A stretch of DNA of 64,000 bases from Azolla caroliniana (Eukaryota > Plantae > Polypodiophyta), in contig JBHGNT010000001.1 of NCBI GenBank assembly GCA_043228905.1, positions 14,694,001-14,758,000 of the forward strand, read 5' to 3'. The position numbers were made by a program, and so were the translations under genes. The notes below the pieces were generated by a model. It searched no databases and had not been told where the DNA came from. It was given only the letters and a program-made list of their open reading frames with translations. Shown in pieces: positions 24,741-37,445 of the stretch. Numbering within the stretch: the first letter of the stretch is position 1; each line of letters begins with the position of its first letter.

Positions 24741-27700
24741 TGTACACATAACGTTGGTGAGGGTAGGTCATTAATATTTACATTAGTGAAGGGTATGTTC
24801 ACTAATGTTAAAAAGGGGACTAATGATTGGATAGAAGGAATGATAGGTGCATGCATTATCATGCTTTGGACAACCAATGAATGGAGAGCCTTTTAGAAAG
24901 GCACATCTATTCAAGGGGCTTAGGAAAAGGTATAAATATGAGGCTTAGCTACCCTCATAACAACATTACATCGGAAGACTAGTGGTGCAGGCTAGGCTTT
25001 CGTCTCGACGACCGTGTTTATCTCTTCCAAGGTATTAGTCATCCTAATAACCGACAGTATGGGATGCCGGTGGTAGTTTGGCTATGTCTAGATCATAGCT
25101 TGGGGGTGGTCGGATGGAATGGGTTCTTCTATCCAATCTATTTTCCTTCTTTTACTTTACTTTGGTCTATTGATTAGTAATAAACTCTTAACAGTGGTAT
25201 CAGAGCTTTTACTAACAATTTTTTTTGTTGTTCCGATATTTTTTGCGTGTGAGCGATGGGGATCTAACAAGGCTCGTCATGCTCTTCTCAGGATCAAAAC
25301 AACACTCTAAACCCGGTATTCTTTTTTCTCGATCTCTCTTCTTTCTATGATGCATTCTTGTTGGTCGAATCAAATTTGTATTATGTTTTCTTTTCTTTTC
25401 TTTCTTCTTTCTACCACGACACGATTTTAATTATTATTGTGCATTAGGCCGAGCGTGTTTGCACTAATCACACACGCTCAACTCATGGCCTTTTGTATAT
25501 TGCGATGTATCTCCTATGCTCCCCTCTCTTGAGGCTTCTTTTACGATATTAATTATTGTTGTGCATTGGGTCGATCGTGTTTTCCCTAATCGCAGATGCT
25601 CACCTCATGGCCCTTTTGCATATGATGTTGAGTATGCCACTCTTCCCTCTATTGAGCCATCACTTGGCCGAGTCTATGGGATGTTGTGGCCTGGGTGAGG
25701 TATATGTCACTTTACTCTTTATTGAGCCATCACTTGGCCGATTCTAAGGAGATGTGGTGGTATTGAGGAGGTGCATGTCGACTACTCTAGAGTTTTGTAC
25801 CTTAAGGCATGCTTAATGTTCCATACACCTAATTAATTTCTAATTCCACAAATTGACATTTCACTTATATGATTATCTCGTAATTATTGTTTACTCACCC
25901 ACAATTAACTCTCCTTTTTCCCCTTCCTTTTCGTGTATAAAGTATTTACATGCATTTACCTATGATGTAACACTTCCGTGTAGACTATTTTTTTCGTATG
26001 GAGTGGGCATGATGCCATTTTTTTTGAACGATTTTTTCCAACGAATCATCTACGTTTAACTCATATTATCGGGCCTTAGAACTTGAGTAAAGCCACATGA
26101 GTTCCTTTATTAATGTTTCTTCATGGATTTGAGTACCACATCTTTGCGTATCAATTTGTGGCTTATGCCACAATTGTGCAAATTACAACCATCATATTGG
26201 GATGTATATGTGCATAGCTTGCACCTCCTATTTATTTGTGACATTGTTTTTTTAGTAGGTAGCACATGGGTTTTTTCACCCTTGTTTTCGTCACTACTTG
26301 CCTCTAATGGGTGGTGCCTTATTTTATCATTTTTATCATCACATTTGCTTGTTACTTGCAAGAGTAGAATATTACTTGCAAGTACACTTGTTTTTTTCAC
26401 GTAATACACTTTCTCGACCATATTAACGTGCATGCCTACTTGTGCCAGCAAATACATGCTGGGTTGACAATAATATAAGGCTAACTAGGAAATTACATTG
26501 ATGTTGGAACCACGGTTGAGCCTTGGGGAGCCTCCATGATTACTCAATATAGAGATCCGAGAAAGACATCTTAGCTATGTTTGCCCCCATGGTTTTTAAA
26601 ACACCATAGTCTTACCATAGTTATCGGATCTCGAATCACATCTCATATGTGTAGAGGGGTAAAGATGTGAGATGCTTTCTTGGTAAAGTTCTTTCAATCA
26701 AAATTTCAAGCATTCATTTTGCTTGTGTATTTTCTGAACCTCCTTATTTATATTGCATAACCACAACTTGCATCATGGAACAAGTTTTGAATGTTGTTGG
26801 AGCAATCTCTCCGACTGAGACCTCTAAACTCCAATCCGCATCTCGCACACAAGCTGAGATCACTATTGAGCAATTGCTCACTACTACCTTGAATCAATTG
26901 GCCGAAATGTGGCAGGCCAATATGTCATTAGAAAAGAAATTCCAAGAATTGACTATTGAGTCCAAGAAAGAAAGTGAGCCTTCTTTCGTAGTAACGTCAT
27001 TCAAGGGAGATAAGAAAGAAAGAACCGAGGAGGCCATTAGCACTTGGCTTGGTCGTTGGGAGTCTCTCTTTGAGCTCCACCCCAAGCCCGATGATGTAAA
27101 ATTGGTTATGTCGGTCGTGAGTTAGGTGGCAAAGTTGCTGCTTGGTGGCACGGCCTAAGGACTGCAAAGAACTTACCCACAACTTGGGAAGGTTTCGTTG
27201 ATGTTTTTAAGAAACAATTTTTGCAGCCAACTTATCAAACTGAACAAGCGCAACAGTTGCTCACATTGTCGAGTAAGCCATTTACCTCTCTCGAGGATTA
27301 TGTGCATCATGCTCGGACCCAGAACCAAAAATCGGGACTTACGGGTGAGAAATGGTTTGTTGCTTGCTTTTTGAATGGTATTACTAATAGGGATTACCAT
27401 TGGATTGTCCATGACAAGGACCCCACAACTTTTGAGGAAGCTGTCAACATTGTACTTCGGTACCATAGGACTTCCAAGAAAGACCACAATAAACCTGAGT
27501 TCTCCAAAACTCCGAATGTCAAGTTCATTGGGGAATATAAGCAATCCAATGACACTCTTGACCGCGACTCCAAGAAAACTAACCTCTTCTGTGCATATTG
27601 CAAGAAGCAGGGCCACACAAAGGATACTTGTCGTCGTCTTGAGAGGAAGTCAATGAACACCCCTCAAGACAAATCTACGAGTCACACAAGTGAGTTTTTT

Positions 27701-30700
27701 GATGTTGTTGAAGTTTATACCAACCACTTAAGTTAATGTGAATGCACTTTTCTTAATTATCACTTTGTGCAGCAAATGTAACTCCACATAAACGCAAGTG
27801 ATCATATCTATCAAGTTCACATGGCAAATGGAAGCCTTCAATACATCAGTGGCATTGTTTGTGAACTGCCAATTCAAATAGATACCTATTTGGAGAAGCT
27901 TGACTTTCATGTTATGAAACTACAATCCGTGGATGTCATTTCAGGATACCCTTGGTTTTCTAATAAAAACCCTTCTTTGTCCATTGATTGGGTTAATCAC
28001 TCAATTGTCAGGAACTACGCGCTCCCGATAAACAACGCTCGGCCACAACCAAGCTTAGAATCAAACACAGAAGACGGGAATGAAGGCACGACACAATGGA
28101 GAGAAGAGTACACAAGAAAAGAAAAAGAGAATACAAGATGTTAACGTGGAAAACCCAAACTAGGGAAAAACCACGGCAACCCACAGACTGCAAACTATCA
28201 CTATATCACAATGATTACAACAATGAGCTCATGGAGGCAACGACCTCGTGCTCATGATCTTTGCCACAGGCGGCGGTTACAACAGAGGCAATGACCTCAT
28301 CGTTTCTTTCTCTCTCTCTCTCTCTATGTGTACACTGTTGCACTCTAATCTTGCGCCAACAAGAATGACAACAACAACTACTAAAGTTTGCCCTAAGTCA
28401 TAATTATACTAAAATGACTTTTCGGCTATTTACAAATATAGCCCCGATGGACTCTCAGAAACATATTTACGAATATGTCCCTTCATCCGGTGAGCAGTCC
28501 TCACCGGGCTTGCATCATCCGGCGCTTGCCGGGCACTCATCATCCTGTTCTCACAGAGTCTTCCGTTTCCGGGTACTCCTCATCCAGTTCTCACCGGGTC
28601 TTCCGTTTCCGGGTACTCCAGATCCGGTTCTCACCGGGTCTTCCGTTGCCGGGTACTCCTCATCCGGTTCTCACCAACACTGTTCTTCTCACTTCCCATC
28701 CGGAGGGACCTGTTTCCTAACAAACTCCCCCTTCACTCCGGCATGGGATGTCTTACTAGTCCGACCCGCTTCCGACATGCATCCAGCTTGTCAGGTGTCA
28801 ATACTTTGGTCAGCATATCTGACCCGTTCTCGGCCGTGTGGATCTTCCTTCGTCAGCACGAACTCCTGGTCATCTACTCTTTCCCGGATCCAATGATACC
28901 TATGCTAGATATGCTTCGTTCGGGAATGGTAGGCCGCATTCTTAGCAAGGTGGATGGCACTTTGACTGTTGCAATAGAGCCGGTATTTATCTTGCCGAAT
29001 ACCGAGCTCTTCGATGACAACGCAACCTTCTTTTGCAGCGTCGACTGCCACGAAACAGTTCCCCCTGCAAATGTCATCACATACCCGGATGTAGACCGGC
29101 TGGTATCCACATCAGCCGACATGTCCGAATCGGTAAAACTGTCAAGTTGAGGTTTTCCGGAGCCGAAGTGGAGACACATGTTCGAAGTGCCCTTTAAGTA
29201 CCGAAGTATCCATTTGACTGCGTTCCAGTGCTCCTTGTCGGGATTGCTCATAAACCGGCTCACAACTCCGACTTCGTATCCTATATCCGGTCGGGTACAA
29301 ACCATTTGTACATTAAGCTCCCGACGGCAGAGGCATATGGAAACTTCATCATATCAGCCTTCTCTGCTTTCGTCTTCGGGCTTTGCTTACCGGATAATCT
29401 GCAGTTTGCCGGGAGTGTCGATTTGACTGGTTTCGCATCTGACATGTTGAACCGTTGAAGCACCTTTGTCACGTACTTCTCCTGTGACAGCCACAATTGC
29501 TTCGTTGGCCGGTTCCGGATGATATGCATCCCCAACATCTGTCTTGCCGGACCCAAGTCTTTCATTGAGAAGGTCCGGTTGAGAGCCTTCTTCAGCATCC
29601 GTATTTTGGCTTGGTCCCGTCCAACGATCAACATGTCGTCCACGTACAGAAGGAGTATCAGGAAGTCGCCTCTTTCGAACTTCTTCACACGTCTTCACGT
29701 CCAGCTGCTCTACCTCGAGGTTCATGCTTGCCCCTATACTCAGCACCGTCCGGATGGAGGTCATCTTTACTACCGGGGCAAATATCTCGTCGAAGTCCAC
29801 GCCCTTCTTCTGCTAGAACCCCTTCACAAAGATCCTGGCATTGTATCTCGAGGGGTTGCCGGCATCTCCCGGTTTCAACTTGTACACCCACTTGTTTCGG
29901 AGTGCCCGCTTTCCTTTCGGCAACTCCACCAATTCGTACGTATGATTCTCATGCAGGGAATCCATCTCATCCTGCATGGCACTTAACCATTTTCGACTAT
30001 GGGTGTCATCCTTCGCTTGTTCGAAGCTTTCTGGCTCCCCCTCATCGGTTAGAAGCACATGCTCTACATCTGGAAATCTCTAGGGGGCCCTTCTCTCTCT
30101 GAGAGGATATCTCCATCTCTCGGCTTCGGTAACCAGCTCCTCCATTTGCTTTTCATTCAAATCCAATTCGGGGTCTTGGCCGGTTCCGGTTTCAACTTCC
30201 TCTACTTCTTCTTCTGCCGGTTCGGTATCCTCACCGTAACCGGCTGGTTCCACGAGTGCTAACCAGTCTCTTGCCGGTTGGGTCTGCTCATCGTAGAATC
30301 CATCCTTACTGGTCGACTTGGAGTTCATTATGTTCTTCTCCGACTCCCAGTCGGCGAGCATCTTGTCCCCCATGAAGATAATATCTCGACTCCGGAATAC
30401 CTTCTTGTCGACCAGGTCCCACACTTGGTAGCCGAATTCATCGTCGCCGTAACCGAGGAATATGCATGGCCGGGTCTTTGAATCTAGTTTTCCTCTCTAG
30501 TCCTTAGCTACATGTACATACGCAAGACACCCGAATACCTTCAGATGCCGGTAGGACACTTCCTTACCGGTCCAGACTCTCTGTGGCGTGTCTCCATCCA
30601 AGGGTACTGAGGGTGATCTGTTTATCACAGATGTCGCCGTCGACAGTGCCTCAGCCCAAAACTTCTTAGGTAGTTTCGCATGCGCCAACATACTCCGGAC

Positions 30701-32841
30701 CCTCTCCATTATGGTCCGGTTCATCCTCTCAACCAGCCCGTTTAGTCCTAGCGTCTTCGGCACGGTAAATTCGAGCTGGATTCCCTTGAAGCGGTAGTAC
30801 TCCTCGAACTGCCCCCGGTATTCTCCTCCATTATCTGCTCGAACCGCCTTCAGCTTCCGGCTGGTTTCTCTTTCCACTCTCGCGTGGAGCTCTTTGAAGA
30901 CGGATAACACCTGATCCTTCGTCTTCAACAGTGTGGCCCACAGCTTCCGGCTGTGGTTATCTATGAACGTCAAGTAGTATTGCGATTCGGCATGTGACAT
31001 TGTGTCCACTTGACATACATCAGTATGCACCAACTCCAATGGTGCATTACATCTCATCGGTGGCCTCGATCGGAAGGAGGTCCGGTTTTGTTTACCGGCT
31101 AGACAATCAGTGCACTTCTCCAAGTGCATGTTCTTCACTGGAATGAGGTTTTCGCCTGCAAGCCTCTTCATCCCCTTCTCGCTCATGGGACACAGCCTCT
31201 TGTGCCACAACTCACCGACAGTGTCGGATGCCACGTTCACTTCTTCCGGGCATAACCGGGCATTCATCAAGTACATCGTGTTTACCTTCGGGGCCCGAGC
31301 CACAATCAGGCTCCCTTTGCTGAACTTCATAACACCGTTCCGGATGCTACCCGTGTAGCCTTCATCATCCAGCCGACCGGCTGATATCAAGTTCAGACGA
31401 ACCTCCGGAACGTGTCGGACATCCTTCAGAAGCAGCTTGCATCCGGTTGGTGTTGTCAACCACACGTCTCCTATGCCGACAATTCGACATGTACCTTCAT
31501 TCCCCATCCGGACACAGCTGTGATCACCGGCTGGTTAGGATGAGAAGCATTTCCGGTCCGGGGTAAGGTGGAATGACGCTCCAGAGTCGACCACCGAGGT
31601 CATCTCGTCGCCAGCAAGGTTTAGCTCACTCTCCTCGGTAATGAGCATCAACTCTTCTTCACTTGCCGCGATTGCCATCGTTCCCTTCCGGTCCGACCCC
31701 CTCCGGTCTTTACCGTTCCGGTCCGGTGTCCGCTTCGAATCTGTACCATCAGTTTCTTTGTCTTTTCGGAAGTGCCGACAGTTCTTCTGGAAGCGTCTCG
31801 GCTTGCCGCAATAGAAGCAGGTAGGCCTCCCCCTTGACTTTGACCGTGTCCCCGACTTCTCCCGGTTCTGGGGACTACGGTTCCTTTGTCTTCCGCGTTC
31901 TGATTCGGTTAGGAGCGCTTTGGTGTCGGAGCTCGTATCCTTATCTTTCCGACGCGCCTCCTCATCTAGCAAGCTCGACTTCCCTCTTGCTAGGGATAAC
32001 CGTTTCCCTTCCGGCCGGGCATTGCCCAAAGTGACAACCAACGTCTCCTAGCTATCCGAGAGGGAACCGAGCAGGAGTAGCCCTAGTACCTCGTCGGCAA
32101 GAGGTACTTCCAATGATGTTGCCTGGTGTATCAGCCCCTGGAAGGCATTCATGTGCTCCGCCATGCTGGAGCCATCTTCGTACCGGAGTCTTACTAGCTT
32201 CCGGAATACCGAAACCTGGTTAACAACATTTTTGTTCTGAAACATAATGTCGATCTTCTCCCAGAGCTCATGAGCCTTGCTCTCTTCATTGAAGTTGTTG
32301 TATAAGCTCATGTCGATGAAGCACTGTATGTACGACGTTGTCTTCATGTGCATCACCTCCTATATCATGGCGTCGATTTTGTCTGGTCTCTTGTCCCCGA
32401 ACTGAACCAACAACCAAAGATCTTTAACCACGAGCATGTCGCTCATCTTCGACTTCCACACGGAATAGTTGGAGCCGGTGAGCTTGAACATTCCTCCCAA
32501 TGATTCGTCCATTTTCTGTGTCGTTTCGCTCTGATACCACTTTGTTAGGAACTACGTGCTCCCGATGAACAACACTCGGCCACAACCAAGCTTAGAATCA
32601 AACACAGAAGACGGGAATGAAGGCACGACACAATGGAGACAAGAGTACACAAGAAAAGAAAAAGAGAATACAGGATGTTAACGTGGAAAACCCAAATTAG
32701 GGAAAAACCATGGCAGCCCACAGACTGCAAACTATCACTATATCACAATGATTACAACAGTGAGCTCATGGAGGCAACAACCTCGTGCTCACGATCTTTG
32801 CCACAGGCAGCGGTTACAATAGAGGCAACGACCTCATCGTT

Positions 32842-32881
<40 letters not shown>

Positions 32882-35320
32882 CACTATTGCGCTCTAATCT
32901 TGTGCCAACAAGAATGACAACAACAACTACTAAATTTTTCCCTAAGTCATATTTATACTAAAATGACTTTTCGGCTATTTACAAATATAGCCCCGATGGA
33001 CTCTCAGAAACATATTTACGAATATGTCCCTTCATCCGGTGAGCACTCCTCACCGGGCCTGCATCATCCGGCGCTTGCCAGGCACTCATCATCCGGTTCT
33101 CACCGGGTCGTCCGTTTCCGGGTACTCCTCATCCGGTTCTCACCGGGTCTTCTGTTTCCGGGTACTCCTCATCCGGTTCTCACCAACTCTGTTCTTCTCA
33201 CTTCCCATCCGGAGGGACTTGTTTCCTAACATCAATCACATTTGAACTTAATAATTGTAAACATTTTATTCAATGTTCCAAACGTCCTTCTCGTTCACTT
33301 GTGCCTTCTAATTCTTTAAGTGAGTATTCTAGTTCATTAATTTATTCGTGTTTAATTGATCCTGCGCTTTAATTTTATTATTTTAATATTGACGCCACAC
33401 CATTACCACATTATGAACAATGATTACTCGACTCTATTTTAGATTATTTTCAAGATGTGTTTCCTAACAAATTGCCACTTACATTACCACCAAAACGTAA
33501 TGTGGACCATCAAATTGAACTCATCCCCGGTGCTGCTCCTATGAGCATTCCACCTTACCGACTTAGTCAAATAGAAGAGGATGAGATCACTAAACAACAT
33601 AAGGATACTTGAGTATAGGACACAATAGGTATAGTAAATCACCTTGGGGTGCGCTAGTTCTATTAGTAAAGAAGAAGGAACGTTCATGGTGGATATGTAT
33701 CAATTATCGCCGTTTGAATAAAATGACAATTAAAAATGCATATTCGTTACCTCGTGCTAATGGTTTGATTGATCGTTTGCATGGGACTCGATATTTTACG
33801 AAAATTGACTTACGAATAGGTTATCATCAGATTCACATTGCCGAGGATGATATTCCTAAAACTGCTTTTCGTACGCGCTATGGCCATTATGAGTTTTTAG
33901 TCATGCCTTTCAGGTTGACTAATGCTCCAGCCACATTCCAACTAGCGATGAATGACATTTTCGAAGATCAACTCGGAGATTTTGTTGTTGTCTTCTTGGA
34001 TGATATTTTGATATATAATCGTACCTTGCAAGATCATGTTCAATATGTTCGATTTGTTTGACAAAAGTTGCGTGACAACTCTTTCTATGCAAAACATTCA
34101 AAATGTAATTTTTTCCAAAAGTCTATTATGTACCTAGGTCATTTAATTATGGAAAATGGTGTTAAAATTGAACCTTCTCGTATTGAAAAGGTTAAACTTT
34201 GGCCCATTCCTCGTAATATTCGTGAACTGCGATCATTCTTAGGGTTTGTTGGATTTTTACGAAAATCAATTCGTAACTATTCCAAATTGACTACGCCATT
34301 AACTGACCTTTTAAAAGGTCGTCCACGTAAGTCGGTCAAACCAATTGCATGGAATGAACAACTTGACAAATCATTTAAGACAATCAAAGAGCATGTGTGG
34401 CAGGCTCCCACTCTTCTATTACCGGACCCTTCTAAGCCTTTCTCAATCGAAACCGATGCTAGTGATTATGCTATTGGTATCGTTCTTTATCAAGGTAGTC
34501 ACCCTATTGTTGTTGAAAGTAAGAATCTTGATGCTGCTCAATCTCGGTATTCGGTTCAAGAGAAAGAGGTGTTTACGGTAATACATGCACTTAAAACATG
34601 GAGGCACTATCTCTATGGAAATAAATTTGTGGTTACAATAGACCATCAATCATTGAAGTATTTTTGTGATAAGCCAGATCTTGTTGGTCGTAAAGGCCGT
34701 TGGGCTGACCTTATGCAAGATTTGGATTTTTCCAAATGGTATCGCAAGGGTTTTATGAACACAGTTGTGGATGCTCTTAGTCGCATTAAAGAAGTTAACA
34801 TGCTTAGCTTCACGGAAATAAAATATGATCTTTTAGATCACCTTCGAGGGAAATACCTTGATGACAATTATTTTTCAAAATACTGGACGAAAGCCGAATC
34901 TGGTTTAGATGCCGATACTAGCACCCTACCCTCGAAGGCGACCTTTCACATTACAAACGGTTTGCTCTACCGTAGTGGAAAGGTTTGTGTTCCAGATTTA
35001 GCAAACGTAAAATAGAAAATTCTTCATGAATGTCATGATACACCATCTACTGGTCATCCTAGAATACAACGCACACTCGTTCTCATCTCAAGTACTTTTT
35101 TCTGGCCTAAGATACACTCTAACGTGCATAAATACGTAACTCAATGCTTACAATGTCAGATTAATAAGTCGGAATGACTTAAAGCTGCGGGTCTTTTACA
35201 TCCCTTAGATATTCCCAACAACAAATGGAAAAGTATCTCTATGGATTTTATTGTTAGTTTACTTCGTACACAGAGGGTCATGATGCCATTTGGGTTGTCA
35301 TTGATAGACTGACAAAATTG
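24741..35320 (+). mobile_element. Ty3/gypsy element with tRNA-iMet PBS (chromovirus-like), 3'-truncated, interrupted by a Copia
   Basis: LTR ~24741-25193 ends ..TAACA; PBS TGGTATCAGAGC at 25195. Long 5' UTR with local repeats. gag 26774-27736 (CAYCKKQGHTKDTC); PR 27740-28005; RT 33609-34061 (FLDD); RH ETDASDY; IN start HECHD..GH, MDFI. Confidence 0.85.
28006..33231 (-). mobile_element. Ty1/copia LTR retrotransposon (Tnt1-like proteins) with internal deletions
   Basis: LTRs 28006-28722 and 32543-33231, TSD TCAAT, Met PBS at 32528-32539, PPT at 28723-28736. gag, VVDSGAS, IN (VHTDV, DNGGEY) and RT are present. RT is deleted at QLDVKT|; RNase H is partly deleted. Confidence 0.95.
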
Positions 35321-35494
35321 GCTCCAATACCCTCAATTTTCTTGAGCGTCGTTGTCTTCTTGGATGATATTTTGATATATAGTCGTACCTTGCAAGATCA
35401 TGTTCAACATGTTCGATTTGTTTGGCAAAAGTTGCGCGACGACTCTTTCTATGCAAAACATTCAAAATGTAATTTTTCCAAAAGTCTATTGTGA

Positions 35495-36223
35495 TGTAGC
35501 TCCAATACCCTTGGCCGACGAGGTATTGGGTCATCTTGTACTCCCAAGATGAATAATTGCTCCCGTCTAGCTTTTCACTAGGAGCGAGCTACCCATTTGT
35601 GTGTTCATGTTGATTGTCTTCTCTTCTTTTGGTTTTCTTCCTTCGATCACGTACACGTGCTACGTAGCGGCACTACGGTAGCCGATAGCCAGATTTTCTC
35701 GTTAGTGTCTTGAACACACAATCACGGAGTCGGGTGGGCTTAGTAGATTTTCTAAACCACACGCTCTGATACTATGTTAAGAATTAGGTAAGTAATTAAG
35801 AAAGGGTTAATTAGTACCTAATTATGTGATTAGTTGAGCGGAAGATTATGTGATATGTGTGTGGATGTGTGTGAGAGGAAGACACACAGAGAGAGAGAGA
35901 GATATACACTTATGAACAACACAAGATGGGGGATGAGTAACTATATTAAATTAGCATTATAATCATCAAATACAAAAATACCCACAATGAGGTATATATA
36001 CATCTCATGTGCAATGGTGCACATGTGTGAGTGGAATATAGGTACTAAGATGTAAGTCCTATATTAAATGTACTTAGGATTAGAGGATCTAGAATATCCC
36101 ACTTAAGTACAAGGTCCTATTTAAGGTGTTATAGTCAACACTTCTAAGTAGATTCTATCTAGGTAACTACGAAATTACATGGTTGACTAAGTAACTAAAC
36201 TAAGTTGAGCTTGATCTCTCAAT
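35495..36223 (-). mobile_element. Copia 5' fragment (LTR, Met PBS, gag start)
   Basis: LTR ~35775-36223; PBS TAGTATCAGAGC at 35763-35774; gag EKLDGSNYSSWEYKMTQYLVGQGYW. Confidence 0.75.
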
Positions 36224-36648
36224 AGTTGCATTATCAAGTACTGAAGCTGAATATAGAGGAGCTGCAATAGCCACTTGTGAAGAAGTATGGATCAAAAGAT
36301 TGCTAGTTGATTTGGGAGAGTATATAGATGGTGTAGTCACAATTTGGTGTGACAATATGAGCATTATTCAGTTTGCAAAAAAACCCAGTGTTCCATGCAA
36401 GAACAAAGCACAATTAAGTGCATTATCACTTTGTTAGAGAAAAAGTGATTGCTGGAGTAGTAGATCTGTTGTATGTAAGTACAAATCAACAAGTTGCTGA
36501 CTATCTTACGAAGGGACTAAGTGTGGGAAAACATACACAATTTAGGGACATGATGGGAGTTATAAGCATGGGTATGATAGTTGTAAAGCTCGCAGAAAAG
36601 AAGATTGAAGATGATCTCAAGGATTGATAAGTTGAGATTGAGGGGGAG
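36224..36648 (+). pseudogene. RNase H end + PPT of an upstream Copia copy in tandem with the next element
   Basis: Closely matches 51312-51736 and ends in PPT GAGGGGGAG directly before the LTR at 36649. Confidence 0.9.
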
Positions 36649-37445
36649 TGTTAAGAAACAAGCTCAACAAAAGCATGTGATGCTTATTGTAACTGAGATC
36701 TTTTATAGTAGCTATTAGGAAATTAGTTACTATTGGAGATATAGGTAAAACAACTATTTAGCTATCCACAGCTCTTTAGCTACTCGCATCTATTTAGCTA
36801 CTCATAGCTAATTAGCTACTCATGTTATTCCTTGGGGCAGGACGAGCCCTAACACAGGGTGTCCCTCTAAGACACTTCACCAAAGGGTGGTGCAAGTGGG
36901 GTAGGCGTAGACCGTGATACAAACGTATTCCTAACCGGCTACTAATCAGCGTGGTTAAGGATCGTAATACACGTGTAAGATAGATTCTATCAAGCACAGA
37001 ACGATAATTAACTAAAGCGTCAAAGATTAAACAAGATCTAGAACAATAACACTTTCATTACTAAACCGATATCTGATTACAATCTCACCAGGTCCTTTTA
37101 TAGGTCACCGGCTCTAGGTACGAACCGGTGCCAACCGGCAACCGGCTATGAATCGGTCCGGATCCGGATCCGGATCGGCATACCGATTCCAGGTCCGTCC
37201 GTTCGCTTCTCAAAATATAATAATTATAGATAGTTCTAAAATAAATATCGCTTTCCCATTCTGGACTTTATCTAGCTTTTAATTCTTTGCCGATCAACAC
37301 ATGGCACGCCCGTGGGACAGTACCTTGTACGTCGAATCCCACGGTTCGCCCTTCAATCTTCCTCCAGAATGTCCAGAATGCTCTAGTCCAAGGGTTGTAA
37401 AGGCTCATTGGGTAGCTGCTCCTGCTGCAACTGCTCCTACTGCTC

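Noticed and set aside
28414-28896. ORF duplicated at 32963-33229
   Set aside because: Lies antisense within the two LTRs over tandem repeats; no protein motifs.
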